Below are positions 1 to 9,790 of a stretch of 44,177 bases of DNA, in pieces. Under the pieces are notes generated by a model that saw nothing but the letters and a program-made list of their open reading frames with translations, did not search any database and was not told where the DNA came from. Source of the DNA: an uncultured Dehalococcoidales bacterium (GTDB taxonomy: Bacteria; Chloroflexota; Dehalococcoidia; E44-bin15); assembly GCA_964448395.1 (NCBI GenBank), contig CAYUWM010000006.1, forward strand, positions 1 through 44,177, read 5' to 3'. Position numbers and translations under genes: made by a program. How positions within the stretch are numbered: position 1 is the first letter of the stretch; the number at the start of each line of letters is the position of its first letter.

Positions 1-96
1 GAGCCGGAATCCCTGTTCCAGCAGTTCAACTGGGTCATGAAGAAGCTGGAGGAAACCGGTAAGACGAGGCCGGGGCCCGGCAAATGGAACGTCTAA
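1..96 (+). CDS. 3' end of an unidentified gene that starts outside the window (...EPESLFQQFNWVMKKLEETGKTRPGPGKWNV*)
   Basis: Frame 1 is open from base 1 to TAA at 94-96. The next gene's GAGGA RBS and ATG follow immediately. Confidence 0.6.
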   Translation, partial: EPESLFQQFNWVMKKLEETGKTRPGPGKWNV

Positions 97-114
97 TCCT
101 CAGAGGAATGGGAA

Positions 115-1584
115 ATGGCTAATCCAAAGTACGACGCCATAATAGTAGGAGCAGGGCCCGGAGGCCTGTGCTGTAATGCCCTGCTGTCCAAGTGGGGTTT
201 TAAGACCCTGCTGGTGGACAAGAACACCATACCCGGCGGCAAGGCTATCACCGTTGAGCGCGAGGGTTTCAAGTACGACCTGGAACCCAAGCTGCAGGTG
301 CCGATGACCGGCGCATCGCTGGCGCAGATACATACGGAACTGGGCATCGAGAGCGAGCTGGGGGCCGTCCCCTGTGAAACGGTAGCGCTGGCATACAGGC
401 ATAAGTCGGCCGATAAATACAAAGCGGTAACCGTGCCGCAGACCAACGTCGATCCCGCCCCCCTGTTCGACCTCTGGGGCCTGGATGACAAGGAGCGCGA
501 TGAGGCCATCCCCATACTGGCCGAGCTCGCCTTCCTCACCCCGGAGCAGCTCAGCGCCATGGATGATATGACCTTCGACGAATGGCTGAAGGAGCGGAAC
601 ACCCCTTGGGGCGTGTACAGCTTCTTCTGTATGCACGCCAACGGTTCCCTGGCCGAACCTATCGATCTGGTTGCCGCATCGGAGCAGGGGGCCATCATGC
701 AGCATATCGCCACCGCAGGCGGCGGCGGATACTACAAGGGCGGCTTCGGGAAGGTGATGGTCAACCTCGCCGAGTACATAAAATCCAAGGGCGGCGAGAT
801 GAAGATGGGCACGCGGGTGGAGAAGATCAAGGTATCCAACGGCCGCGTAACCGGCATCGAGACATCCGCCGGGGCTTTCGACTCCGACATAGTGGTCAGC
901 GACGTCGGACTTCAGCCCACTGTGCTGAAACTGGTTGGCGAGCAGGAGTTCGACAGGAGCTACGTGAACTACATAAGGGATCTGGTCCCGGGATGGGCAT
1001 TCACCGCCATACGATACTTCCTCAATAAGAAAGTAGTACAAGAACAGATGGCCTTGATCTATGCCGACGATTCCTGGCTGAACATGGAGCGATTCGTGAA
1101 AATCCGTGCCGGTCACGTACCTGACGATGTTATCGCATTCTTCACCGTGCCATCCAATTATGATCCCACTATGGCACCACCCGACAAGCAGTGCATCATC
1201 GCCGGCACCATCTGCTCGCCCGACCCCAAGGCCCCCGAAATAAAGATGCAGAATGAAAAGGTGGATAAGCTGCTGGACACAATCTTTCCCGGGTTCATGG
1301 ATGCCTGCTACGAGAGGCAGGCCACCGGACCCGCCGAGATATCGGCAGCCACCAGGGACAGCGTCCTTCCGGGGCAGGGGGGGGAGTGCGTCGGCATGGG
1401 CCAGATAGTGGGCCAGTGCGGCAAGCACAAGCCCTCCCAGAAGACCCCCATAAACGGTCTGTTCATCGTCGGTGCTGACGCCGGAGGCGTCGGCATGGGC
1501 ACCCACCAGTCGGGTCAATCTGGAATGAAAGGGGCGCGTCTGGTAGCCCGTTACCTGACCATGCGTCAGGCAGCGGCTACTTAG
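115..1584 (+). CDS. Phytoene dehydrogenase-like (COG1233) FAD-dependent oxidoreductase
   Basis: N-terminal Rossmann motif IIVGAGPGG...LVDKN..PGG, 'GTRVEKIKV', and the C-terminal 'TPINGLFIVG' typical of the family. Confidence 0.85.
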   Translation: MANPKYDAIIVGAGPGGLCCNALLSKWGFKTLLVDKNTIPGGKAITVEREGFKYDLEPKLQVPMTGASLAQIHTELGIESELGAVPCETVALAYRHKSADKYKAVTVPQTNVDPAPLFDLWGLDDKERDEAIPILAELAFLTPEQLSAMDDMTFDEWLKERNTPWGVYSFFCMHANGSLAEPIDLVAASEQGAIMQHIATAGGGGYYKGGFGKVMVNLAEYIKSKGGEMKMGTRVEKIKVSNGRVTGIETSAGAFDSDIVVSDVGLQPTVLKLVGEQEFDRSYVNYIRDLVPGWAFTAIRYFLNKKVVQEQMALIYADDSWLNMERFVKIRAGHVPDDVIAFFTVPSNYDPTMAPPDKQCIIAGTICSPDPKAPEIKMQNEKVDKLLDTIFPGFMDACYERQATGPAEISAATRDSVLPGQGGECVGMGQIVGQCGKHKPSQKTPINGLFIVGADAGGVGMGTHQSGQSGMKGARLVARYLTMRQAAAT

Positions 1585-1611
1585 AATTCGAGAACCGTGA
1601 GGAGATAGCCT

Positions 1612-2397
1612 ATGGCGATCAATAAGATATTGAGCAGCTTCGATGAAGCGGTAGCCGACATCCCGGATGGAGCCACTATAATGGTGGGAGGCTTCGGCAC
1701 GGTGGCCAGTTGTCCCAGCATGTTGATGATTGCCCTCGACCGCAAAGGGGTGAAGAACCTGACCACCATATCCAACACTACCGGTTTCGGCTCGGACGTG
1801 TGGAAGATCCTGGGGTATAAATTTGCCGAGGACATGGATATCCTGGTCAGGAATGGCCGTGTCAAGAAGGCCATCGCGTCCGCGCCGGTGAGCGCGGTGT
1901 ACGAAAACAATTTCGAGAAGCTGTTGAGGGCGGGCAAGGTCGAGCTGGAGATGGTCACCCAGGGGACGCTTGCCGAGCGGATACGCGCAGCGAAAGCCGG
2001 CCTGGGTGGCGTCTATACCCCTGTCGGGGTCGGCACGGTGGTAGAGGAAGGGAAAGAGATCAAGACTATCAATGGCAAGAAGTACCTGCTTGAGTTGGCT
2101 CTAAAGGCCGACTTCGCCCTGATCAAGGCACACAAGGCCGACAGATGGGGCAACCTGGTCTACCGCGGCAGTTCCCGCACCTTCAACGAGACCATGGCCG
2201 GCGCCGCCAAGGTGACCATCGCCGAGGTGGATGAGGTTGTAGAGCTCGGCGAGCTCGGCCCGGAGGAGATCGTCACCCCCGCAGTATATGTGGATCGAGT
2301 AGTGGCTCGGCCCAAGGAATACGAAGGGGAAGAGGGCGAGATCAGCGAGGAGGCCAAGGCATCACACGAGAAGTTCCTCAAGCGGGGGAGCGCATAG
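1612..2397 (+). CDS. Family I CoA-transferase subunit A (3-oxoacid/acetate CoA-transferase type)
   Basis: Motifs 'IPDGATIMVGGFG', 'QGTLAERIRA', 'KADRWGNL', 'EIVTPAVYVD'. Confidence 0.93.
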   Translation: MAINKILSSFDEAVADIPDGATIMVGGFGTVASCPSMLMIALDRKGVKNLTTISNTTGFGSDVWKILGYKFAEDMDILVRNGRVKKAIASAPVSAVYENNFEKLLRAGKVELEMVTQGTLAERIRAAKAGLGGVYTPVGVGTVVEEGKEIKTINGKKYLLELALKADFALIKAHKADRWGNLVYRGSSRTFNETMAGAAKVTIAEVDEVVELGELGPEEIVTPAVYVDRVVARPKEYEGEEGEISEEAKASHEKFLKRGSA

Positions 2398-2407
2398 GGA
2401 GGGTTAT

Positions 2408-3079
2408 ATGGAAGAGAAATTCAAACTGGAACGTCAGACCATAGCCCTTCGAGCGGCCAAGGAATTCCAGGATGGCGACTCAGTCAACCTGGGGATCGGG
2501 ATACCGGTGCTGTGTGCCAACTACATACCCGAAGGCAGAGAGGTGCTGTTCCAGTCCGAGAACGGCATCCTCGGCTTCGGAGAGGTAACCGCCCCCGGAG
2601 AGGGGGACAATGATTACCTCAATGCCAGCGGCCAGACGGTGCATACCCAGCCGGGCACGAGCTGTTTCGGACACGCGGAGTCTTTCACCATGATTCGAGG
2701 CGGGCACTTGGATATAAGCGTTATGGGAGGGTTCCAGGTTTCGGAGAAGGGCGACCTGGCCAATTACATGGTCCCGGAGAGGAAGATCGGGGTTATCGGC
2801 GGCGCCATGGACCTGGCCTACGGTGCTAAGCGAAAGATCATCGTGATGAACCACATCACCAAGGACGGCCAGCCGCGGATACTGAAGAAGTGCACCTATC
2901 CGATAACCACCCTCGAATGTGTCAATCTGATAATCACCGACATCGCCGTTATCGAGGTAACCGACAAGGGCCTGGTTCTTAAAGAGATAGCCCCCGGCTG
3001 GACGCCGGAGGAGGTGCAGAGCCTGACCGAGCCAACCTTGATTGTCGATCCCGACTGCCACGATATAGAATTGATGTAG
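2408..3079 (+). CDS. Family I CoA-transferase subunit B
   Basis: 'VNLGIGIP', catalytic Glu in 'QSENG', 'GGAMDL', 'IITDIAV'. Adjacent to subunit A. Confidence 0.93.
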   Translation: MEEKFKLERQTIALRAAKEFQDGDSVNLGIGIPVLCANYIPEGREVLFQSENGILGFGEVTAPGEGDNDYLNASGQTVHTQPGTSCFGHAESFTMIRGGHLDISVMGGFQVSEKGDLANYMVPERKIGVIGGAMDLAYGAKRKIIVMNHITKDGQPRILKKCTYPITTLECVNLIITDIAVIEVTDKGLVLKEIAPGWTPEEVQSLTEPTLIVDPDCHDIELM

Positions 3080-3148
3080 CATATCGGTACGGCACGAAAG
3101 CCGACCTTAAAAGTTAAATATCCTTAAGGATTATGACAAGGAGGAAAA

Positions 3149-4783
3149 ATGCAGGACAATTACGACGTGATCATCATTGGTGGCGGCCCCAACGGGTTAA
3201 CCACCGGCTGTTACCTGAGTAAAGCGGGGCTGAAGGTGCTACTGCTGGAGAAGAGGATCGAGCTTGGCGGCGGCCTGGCAACAGAGGAGATAACCCTCCC
3301 CGACTACTACCACAATACCCATGCCGTATACCACTTGATGGTGGACTATGCACCGCCGATTAAAGACCTCGAGCTTGAGCAGAAGTACGGCCTCCAGTTT
3401 GTTCACCCCCAGCTGGAGTGGTCAATGCCCCTCCAGGACGGCAACTGCCTGTGTATCTACCAGGACGTGGAGAAGACCTGCCAGTCTATAGCCAAGTTCT
3501 CTCAGAAAGATGCAGACAGCTACCGCCAGGTGCACCAGCGGTTCTACAACATCGTGAACGACTTCATCGGACCCGCTACTTATTGCAAAGCGATGGCCCC
3601 GCTGGACCAGGTGATCGAGCTGGATAAGACCGAGGTGGGCAAAGACATAAACGAGCTGACCGAGATGACCCCCGAGGAGATCGTCAACGGCCTCTTCGAG
3701 AACGACGTAGTCAGGACCATGATGCTCTACATCGCCTGCCACTGGGGACTGCAGTACGACGCTTCCGGTGTAAGCTACATGGTGCCACTGCTCATCAACC
3801 GCGCCACCAACTACCGCCTGCTCAAGGGCGGCTCTCACCGGCTGTCCAACGCCCTCACCCGCTATATGCTGGAGTGCGGCGCTGAGATACTGACCAGCGC
3901 ACAGATAAAGCGCATCATTACCGACGGCGCCGAGGCCAAGGGCGTGGAGCTGGAGGACGGCACCAAGTACATGGCCAACAAGGCCATAATCAGCACCGTA
4001 GATGTCAACCAGACCTTCCTCCAGATGGTCGGCGAGGATAATCTGGACTCCACCTTCGTAGAGAAGGTCAAGGCATACGAGTGGGAGCACTGGAGCCTGC
4101 TGCACCTGCACCTGGCGATGGAGGAACCGCCGCAATTCGCCGCAGCCGCCGGCAATCCCGACATCAACAACTCCTTCATCTACATACTGGGCTTCGAGAA
4201 CAGCGAGAACCTGAAGAAAGAATGGGACGCCATGATCAATAATACCGGCGAGCTCCCCGAGATAATCGGGTTCAACTGCTGCTTCCCCAGCGTCCATGAC
4301 CCCTATTACGCCCCCCCGGGAAGGTGCTGCGGCCTTATCTCCCAGATGGCCCCTTATGAATTGAAAGGGGGCAAGAACAAGTGGCTCAGCATCAAATTCA
4401 AGGAGGAGATGGCCGAGAAACAGCTGGCAGTCCTGCAGAAGTATGCCCCCAACATGACCCGGGACAAGACGCTGTGGTACAACATGACCACCCCCGCCGA
4501 CATCGAGAACAAGTTCGCCAACATGGTGCGGGGCTCGATAAAACAGGGGGCCTACGACTCGACGCAGATGGGCTACTGGCGGCCCAATGACGACTGCCCC
4601 AATCACCGCACGCCGATCAAGAACCTGTATATGGGCGGAGCCAGCAGCTACCCCGGTGGCCTGGTCACCTTCGGGGCGGGATACGGCACGGCCAACATAG
4701 TAGCCGAAGATACCGGAACCGCGAAATGGTGGAAGGAACCGGAGACCGTTACCGCCGCCCGCGCCAAGGGCATGCCGCTGTAA
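3149..4783 (+). CDS. Phytoene dehydrogenase-like (COG1233, PYROXD2-like) FAD oxidoreductase
   Basis: '[31 protein letters not shown]', '[21 protein letters not shown]'. AGGAGG RBS upstream. Confidence 0.85.
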   Translation: MQDNYDVIIIGGGPNGLTTGCYLSKAGLKVLLLEKRIELGGGLATEEITLPDYYHNTHAVYHLMVDYAPPIKDLELEQKYGLQFVHPQLEWSMPLQDGNCLCIYQDVEKTCQSIAKFSQKDADSYRQVHQRFYNIVNDFIGPATYCKAMAPLDQVIELDKTEVGKDINELTEMTPEEIVNGLFENDVVRTMMLYIACHWGLQYDASGVSYMVPLLINRATNYRLLKGGSHRLSNALTRYMLECGAEILTSAQIKRIITDGAEAKGVELEDGTKYMANKAIISTVDVNQTFLQMVGEDNLDSTFVEKVKAYEWEHWSLLHLHLAMEEPPQFAAAAGNPDINNSFIYILGFENSENLKKEWDAMINNTGELPEIIGFNCCFPSVHDPYYAPPGRCCGLISQMAPYELKGGKNKWLSIKFKEEMAEKQLAVLQKYAPNMTRDKTLWYNMTTPADIENKFANMVRGSIKQGAYDSTQMGYWRPNDDCPNHRTPIKNLYMGGASSYPGGLVTFGAGYGTANIVAEDTGTAKWWKEPETVTAARAKGMPL

Positions 4784-4818
4784 CGGCAGGCATTATAAAC
4801 ACGGCTGGGAGGGTCTGA

Positions 4819-6261
4819 ATGGCAAGCAATAAATACGACGTGATAGTGGTAGGCGGGGGTCCCGGAGGCACCACCTGCGCCGCCCTGCTCCAGAAGCGGG
4901 GGTTGAAAGTCCTGCTGCTGGAGAAAAACGACCGCGTCGGCGGCAAGTGTATGATCGTGAGCAAGATGGGATACACCTACGAGCTCTGGCCTGTACTGGC
5001 CACGCCGATGCTCAATACCAAGTTCCACGAGGTTATGCAGGAGTTGGAAGTCGAAGCGAAGATGTCAGAGATGGTACCAGCGATGGCTGGCGGCGGCTTC
5101 CTTTACCGAACCCCCAAGTCAAAGAAATACGAGACCTTCATCTTGGTACCTCCCGTCATGTACCCTGAGTCCCTGACGGGGGAAGGTAAGGAAAATGCCG
5201 ACAAACTGTTCAACGACATGGTGGCCATGGAACAGGCCGACTTCGATGCCCTAGATGATGTCAACTTCCACGACTTCATCATGCGTTATAACGTGCCCCA
5301 GTCGGTGTACAGCTACATGGCGGTGATGTGCAACATCCTCTTCGTCGAGCCGATCGACATCACCTCCGCCTCCGAGATGGCGAAGACGATGAAGGACTTC
5401 GTCACCAAGCTGGGCTCGGCTTACTTCCTCGGCGGCCAGGGCAATCTCTACCAGACCTTCGCCAAGGCATTCAAGCGAGACGGCGGCGACCTGTGCCTGA
5501 ACACCAGGGTTGAGCGCATCATCGTAGAGGACGGCCAGGCCAAAGGTGTCTATACCAACAAGGGCGCGTTCTACGCCCCCATCGTGGTGAGCAACGCCGG
5601 CATCCAGCCTACGGTGCTTAAGCTGGTAGGCGAGGAGCACTTCGATAAGGGTTATGTTAACCGCATGAAGGACCTTGTACCCTCGCTGGCGCTGATAGGC
5701 AGCCGTTACTTCCTCGACAAGGTGGTGTTCCCCGACTGCGCCTACATCATCTACTCCGACGACAGCTGGTGGAACATGGAGCGCTACATGAAGGCCAAGG
5801 CCGGTGAGATGCCCGATGATATGCTTACCATCATCTTTAACCCGTCGGGCTTCGACCCCAGCCTCGCTCCGGAGGGCAAACAGTGTATCCAGACGGCCAC
5901 CCTGTTCCCCGCCGACCCCAAGATCAAGAACCAGAAAGCGTGGATCGACGAGTTCGATAGGCAGATAACCAAGTTCGAGCCGGAGTTGAAGAAGCACATC
6001 ATCCGCCGCGAGGACTACACCACCACCGACGTGAGCCGGCTTACCCGCGACGGTGTGGTACCGGGACAGGGAGGCGAGTGCATCGGATTGGGCCAGATAG
6101 TGGGCCAGTGCGGACAGTACAAACCATCGCCCAAGTCCCCGATCCAGGGCCTGTTCTACGTTGGTGTAGATGCCGGCGGATACGGCGTGGGGATACACCA
6201 TGCCACCGATTCCGCTACCAAAGTAGCACCCGAGGTGCTGCGTTACTTCCAGACACATTGA
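4819..6261 (+). CDS. Phytoene dehydrogenase-like (COG1233) FAD oxidoreductase, paralog of 115-1584
   Basis: 'VVGGGPGG...LLEKNDRVGG'. Shares DDSWxNMER and PGQGGECxGxGQIVGQCG with 115-1584. Confidence 0.85.
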   Translation: MASNKYDVIVVGGGPGGTTCAALLQKRGLKVLLLEKNDRVGGKCMIVSKMGYTYELWPVLATPMLNTKFHEVMQELEVEAKMSEMVPAMAGGGFLYRTPKSKKYETFILVPPVMYPESLTGEGKENADKLFNDMVAMEQADFDALDDVNFHDFIMRYNVPQSVYSYMAVMCNILFVEPIDITSASEMAKTMKDFVTKLGSAYFLGGQGNLYQTFAKAFKRDGGDLCLNTRVERIIVEDGQAKGVYTNKGAFYAPIVVSNAGIQPTVLKLVGEEHFDKGYVNRMKDLVPSLALIGSRYFLDKVVFPDCAYIIYSDDSWWNMERYMKAKAGEMPDDMLTIIFNPSGFDPSLAPEGKQCIQTATLFPADPKIKNQKAWIDEFDRQITKFEPELKKHIIRREDYTTTDVSRLTRDGVVPGQGGECIGLGQIVGQCGQYKPSPKSPIQGLFYVGVDAGGYGVGIHHATDSATKVAPEVLRYFQTH

Positions 6262-6281
6262 TCGAAAACGAACCACGAGAG

Positions 6282-6317
6282 CGCCCCGCGTGTTGCAATA
6301 GCACCGGGGCGTTTTTT
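6282..6317 (+). terminator. Intrinsic terminator after the oxidoreductase/CoA-transferase operon
   Basis: CGCCCCG-c-GTGTTG-caa-TAGCAC-CGGGGCG stem followed by TTTTTT. Confidence 0.8.
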
Positions 6318-6408
6318 ATACATCGATATGTATGTGGACTTTGGAGCCATCTTCTGCTATATTGATAAGCCACTCAAACGACGAAAATAGTGGTCGCCGA
6401 TATGTAGA

Positions 6409-7761
6409 ATGAGTAAGAAAGCAGAACCCCAGAACAGGGACTTGTTCGACTTTCAGCGGGAACAGGGATTGAGCCAGGAGGCGCCTCTGGCGGCGAGGAT
6501 GCGGCCTCAGAGCTTCGCCGATTTCGTGGGACAGGAGCACCTTATCGGTGAAGGCAGAGTCCTCCGCAACAGCATCGAGACCGACCAGCTGCCATCCATC
6601 ATCCTGTGGGGGCCGCCGGGAAGCGGCAAGACCACCCTGGCCTATATAATCGCCAGCGTTACCAAGTCGCACTTCTGCCCGATATCGGCGGTGAGTGCCG
6701 GGGTGGCCGACCTGCGCCGCGTCGTTGCCGATGCCAGAGAGAGACGCGGGATGCACCAGCAGAGAACGGTACTGTTCATCGACGAGATCCATCGCTTCAA
6801 CAAAGCCCAGCAGGATGCCGTCCTGCCCTTTGTCGAGGACGGGACAGTCACCCTCATCGGCGCCACTACCGAGAACCCCTCTTTCGAGGTCATAGCCCCG
6901 TTACTCTCCCGCTGCCGCGTGTTCACCCTCAAACCGCTCAGCGACGACCAGATACGTCTCATCACCGAACGCGCCCTTGAGGATAGTGATAAGGGGCTCG
7001 GTAAACTCCAGATATCACTGGATCGGGATGCCTTGGGCTTCCTGATCGCTATGGCGAACGGCGATGGCAGGGTGGCTTTGAACGTCCTGGAGTTGGCAGC
7101 CTTCGCCACCCAGCCCGACAAGGAGGGTAAGAGAAAGCTCACTCTGTCCACTATCGAGGATGCGATCCAGCAGCGTTCCCTGCTCTACGACAAAAGTGGC
7201 GAGGAGCACTACAACCTCATATCGGCGCTGCACAAGTCCCTTCGCGGCTCAGACCCAGATGCCGGCCTGTACTGGCTGGGACGGATGCTGGAGGCGGGGG
7301 AGGATCCGATGTACGTCGTCCGCAGGCTGGTGCGGTTCGCCTCCGAGGACATCGGCATGGCGGACCCCCGGGCGCTTATGGTAGCTGTTGCAGCCCAGCA
7401 GGCGGTTCATTTCATCGGCATGCCCGAGGGCAGCCTGGCGCTGGCCGAGGCCGTCGTTTACCTGGCCACGGCGCCCAAGAGCAATTCCCTCTATACTGCC
7501 TATTCCGAGGTTCAGCGGGACGTGCAGCGGACGGGGCACGAAGCGGTGCCGCTTCACCTGCGTAATCCGGTAACCCCCTTCATGCGCGATGAAGGATACG
7601 GCAAGGGATACAAGTACGCTCACAACTTTGAAGGACACTTCGTCGAACAGCAGAACCTTCCCGACGCCCTCAAGAACAAACGATACTACACTCCAAGCGA
7701 ACAGGGCTATGAGAAGACAGTCCGCGAGCGTCTCAAAGAGTGGTGGAAAGGCAGGAAGTAA
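6409..7761 (+). CDS. rarA: Replication-associated recombination protein A (AAA+ ATPase, MgsA/RarA)
   Basis: 'PLAARMRP', Walker A GPPGSGKT, 'FIDEIHRFNKAQQD', 'GATTENPSF', 'SEDIGMADP'. Confidence 0.96.
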   Translation: MSKKAEPQNRDLFDFQREQGLSQEAPLAARMRPQSFADFVGQEHLIGEGRVLRNSIETDQLPSIILWGPPGSGKTTLAYIIASVTKSHFCPISAVSAGVADLRRVVADARERRGMHQQRTVLFIDEIHRFNKAQQDAVLPFVEDGTVTLIGATTENPSFEVIAPLLSRCRVFTLKPLSDDQIRLITERALEDSDKGLGKLQISLDRDALGFLIAMANGDGRVALNVLELAAFATQPDKEGKRKLTLSTIEDAIQQRSLLYDKSGEEHYNLISALHKSLRGSDPDAGLYWLGRMLEAGEDPMYVVRRLVRFASEDIGMADPRALMVAVAAQQAVHFIGMPEGSLALAEAVVYLATAPKSNSLYTAYSEVQRDVQRTGHEAVPLHLRNPVTPFMRDEGYGKGYKYAHNFEGHFVEQQNLPDALKNKRYYTPSEQGYEKTVRERLKEWWKGRK

Positions 7762-7771
7762 GCAATGCAGA

Positions 7772-8251
7772 TTACAGGTGTGTCTCGGCGGCGTTGTACA
7801 CCGCCCGCAGCCTGTCCCCCAGCATGCAGGCAAGACGTTCCATCACCCTGAAGCCCACATCCGGCTCCCTCTCCAGCAACGAGCGCAGGGCATCCCCCTC
7901 GATGGATATGATCTTTGTAGGCTTCTGGCAGACGGCAGAGGCGGTTGAATACCTGGGGCCGTACAGCAAAGCGGTCCACCCCATCGCCCTGCCTTTACCC
8001 AGGATGGCGACCGGCGTCGTAGCCGTCCGCTCCCCCAGATAGAAAGTTCTCTGTAGTACAACCTGACCATCCAGGATTACGTATAGCTTCGTAGTATGCT
8101 CACCTTGGCTAAAAACGGTATCACCCGATTTGAATGCCTCTGTCGTACATCGATCGGCAAGAGAGGCAGCCAAATGACTGACCTCTTTCTCGCTCAGCTT
8201 GGCGAACAGCTCACACCCCTGTAACCCTGCTACTACCTCAGATTTGGCCAT
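7772..8251 (-). CDS. Stand-alone cyclic-nucleotide-binding (Crp effector) domain protein with no HTH
   Basis: 'ELFAKLS', 'VFSQGE...LYVILDGQV', 'STASAVC'. At 159 aa it ends before any DNA-binding domain. Confidence 0.8.
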   Translation of the reverse strand: MAKSEVVAGLQGCELFAKLSEKEVSHLAASLADRCTTEAFKSGDTVFSQGEHTTKLYVILDGQVVLQRTFYLGERTATTPVAILGKGRAMGWTALLYGPRYSTASAVCQKPTKIISIEGDALRSLLEREPDVGFRVMERLACMLGDRLRAVYNAAETHL

Positions 8252-8344
8252 CTTAAATGCCCCCCTACAATCTGCCTTTTTCTACCACTACCCGACAACA
8301 TAGTAAGATATGTCAAAAGTTGCCTGCCGGTCAAGAGATATCTA

Positions 8345-9778
8345 TCATTCGATCCCAGCAATCCTTTTAGCCTTCGTTTTGCACTGTTCTAAATCGCAGC
8401 CCGATGCCGCGATGGACTTAAAGGTCTGCACTGCGCCGCCTCCGCTGATGCACATTGCATGGTACCACCCGGCGAACTCGGAGGCGGTCATATCCTCTAT
8501 CAGTTTAAAAGCGCGAATCCGGTCTTCGGTGGACACATCGTCCTTACCCTTATAGTATTTCTCAAGGTATTTGCCGATCTCAGGATTGAAATAGTCTTTC
8601 TCCGAGGCCATCGTTGCCACCAGCCCGCCGGCGGCATCCTGCATGATGAATCGATCTTCTCCTACCCGCTTTGAGGAGAATACCTTACCGGTTGCCACCG
8701 TCGCCAGTTTGGGGCTGAAAATGCCCGATTCATGTTTCCATCCCTCGACCGCGGCATAGGTTATCAACGAGTCCATTATCTGAACCGCCATCGACATCTC
8801 GCACATATTGTCGACAATGTGAGCCGCACCGGCTACTCCATTATAGTCTGCGATTAGCCCTGTGGCCCCCAGTGAAAGCTCCATGTTATTGCGGCGGCAC
8901 ATGCATTTATGCCAGGCGTGTGACGCCCCCAGAATGACCCCGAATATGATGCCCGGCCCGTACTCGCCACACATGAACACCCGCTCCCAGGGCACGAACA
9001 CGTCATCGAAAACTATCATCGATTCCACGTGGCCGCCGTATTTCGAGCTTATCGGATTCTCCAGCTGCTTCGATTCGGCAGGGGCATGTCCCCGCTTGCA
9101 GATGAACGTTATCCCCTCGGCATCCACCGGTGTAAAGAAACCTACGAAATAATCCTCCGCGAACTCAATCTCCATAATACACAGCATATCGGTATACGGG
9201 GCGGCCGTGCTGTGGGACTTGGCCCCCCTGACCACTATGCCATCCTGCCTCTTTTCGACAACATGCAGGTACATATCGGGGTCAGCCTGCTCCGTTGCCC
9301 CCTTGCTCCTGTCGCCCTTGGGGCTTATGAACCCGCCGCCGATGATCCAGTCCTCCCTCTGCGCCTGCTTGACTATCTCAACCACATTCTGATGGTAACT
9401 GCTTCCGGTTGCCTTATCGATATCATGGCTGGCGGCCCATGCCGCATGCAACACATCAGCGGTTATACACCTGTAGGAACAGGGGCAGGGGCTTTCGCCC
9501 ATGCCCTTCATCAACTTTATCTTGGCAAAGGCATCCTGCTCATCCCGCATCAGGTGCGTCCATCGGCTTATCTCCTCACCGATGATGGGAGACACTACCC
9601 TGGAGAGATCAGAGCACTGCTTGTCGTGGCACATCTGGAAGGTCGTCGCTGCCGACTCAATCCCCGCCCTGAAAGCGGGGTGATCGACGATATTCTCTAT
9701 CTTCTCCCCCTCCATGTATACGTTAGGCTTCTGTTTCCTCAGACTCTCGATATACTCTTCTCGCGTACGTATGCCCAC
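8345..9778 (-). CDS. 4-hydroxybutyryl-CoA dehydratase / 4-hydroxyphenylacetate 3-hydroxylase family protein
   Basis: 'EEYIESLR...VYMEGEKI', 'PKGDRS', 'VVEKRQDGIVVRGAK', 'FDDVFVPWERVFMCGE'. CxxxC (CSYRC) and Hx6C (HAWHKCMC) present. Confidence 0.88.
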   Translation of the reverse strand: MGIRTREEYIESLRKQKPNVYMEGEKIENIVDHPAFRAGIESAATTFQMCHDKQCSDLSRVVSPIIGEEISRWTHLMRDEQDAFAKIKLMKGMGESPCPCSYRCITADVLHAAWAASHDIDKATGSSYHQNVVEIVKQAQREDWIIGGGFISPKGDRSKGATEQADPDMYLHVVEKRQDGIVVRGAKSHSTAAPYTDMLCIMEIEFAEDYFVGFFTPVDAEGITFICKRGHAPAESKQLENPISSKYGGHVESMIVFDDVFVPWERVFMCGEYGPGIIFGVILGASHAWHKCMCRRNNMELSLGATGLIADYNGVAGAAHIVDNMCEMSMAVQIMDSLITYAAVEGWKHESGIFSPKLATVATGKVFSSKRVGEDRFIMQDAAGGLVATMASEKDYFNPEIGKYLEKYYKGKDDVSTEDRIRAFKLIEDMTASEFAGWYHAMCISGGGAVQTFKSIAASGCDLEQCKTKAKRIAGIE

Positions 9779-9790
9779 TAGACGCCCCCT

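Noticed and set aside
115-6261. Carotenoid biosynthesis cluster
   Set aside because: No phytoene synthase, GGPP synthase or cyclase is present, and the context is a CoA-transferase.
100-6276. Long antisense ORFs (100-1518, 3422-4606, 5251-6276) and similar ones elsewhere (e.g. 22374-23579, 39350-40207, 42941-43582)
   Set aside because: They shadow well-supported genes on the opposite strand or frame. This is expected with GC-rich codon bias, and none has a recognisable motif.
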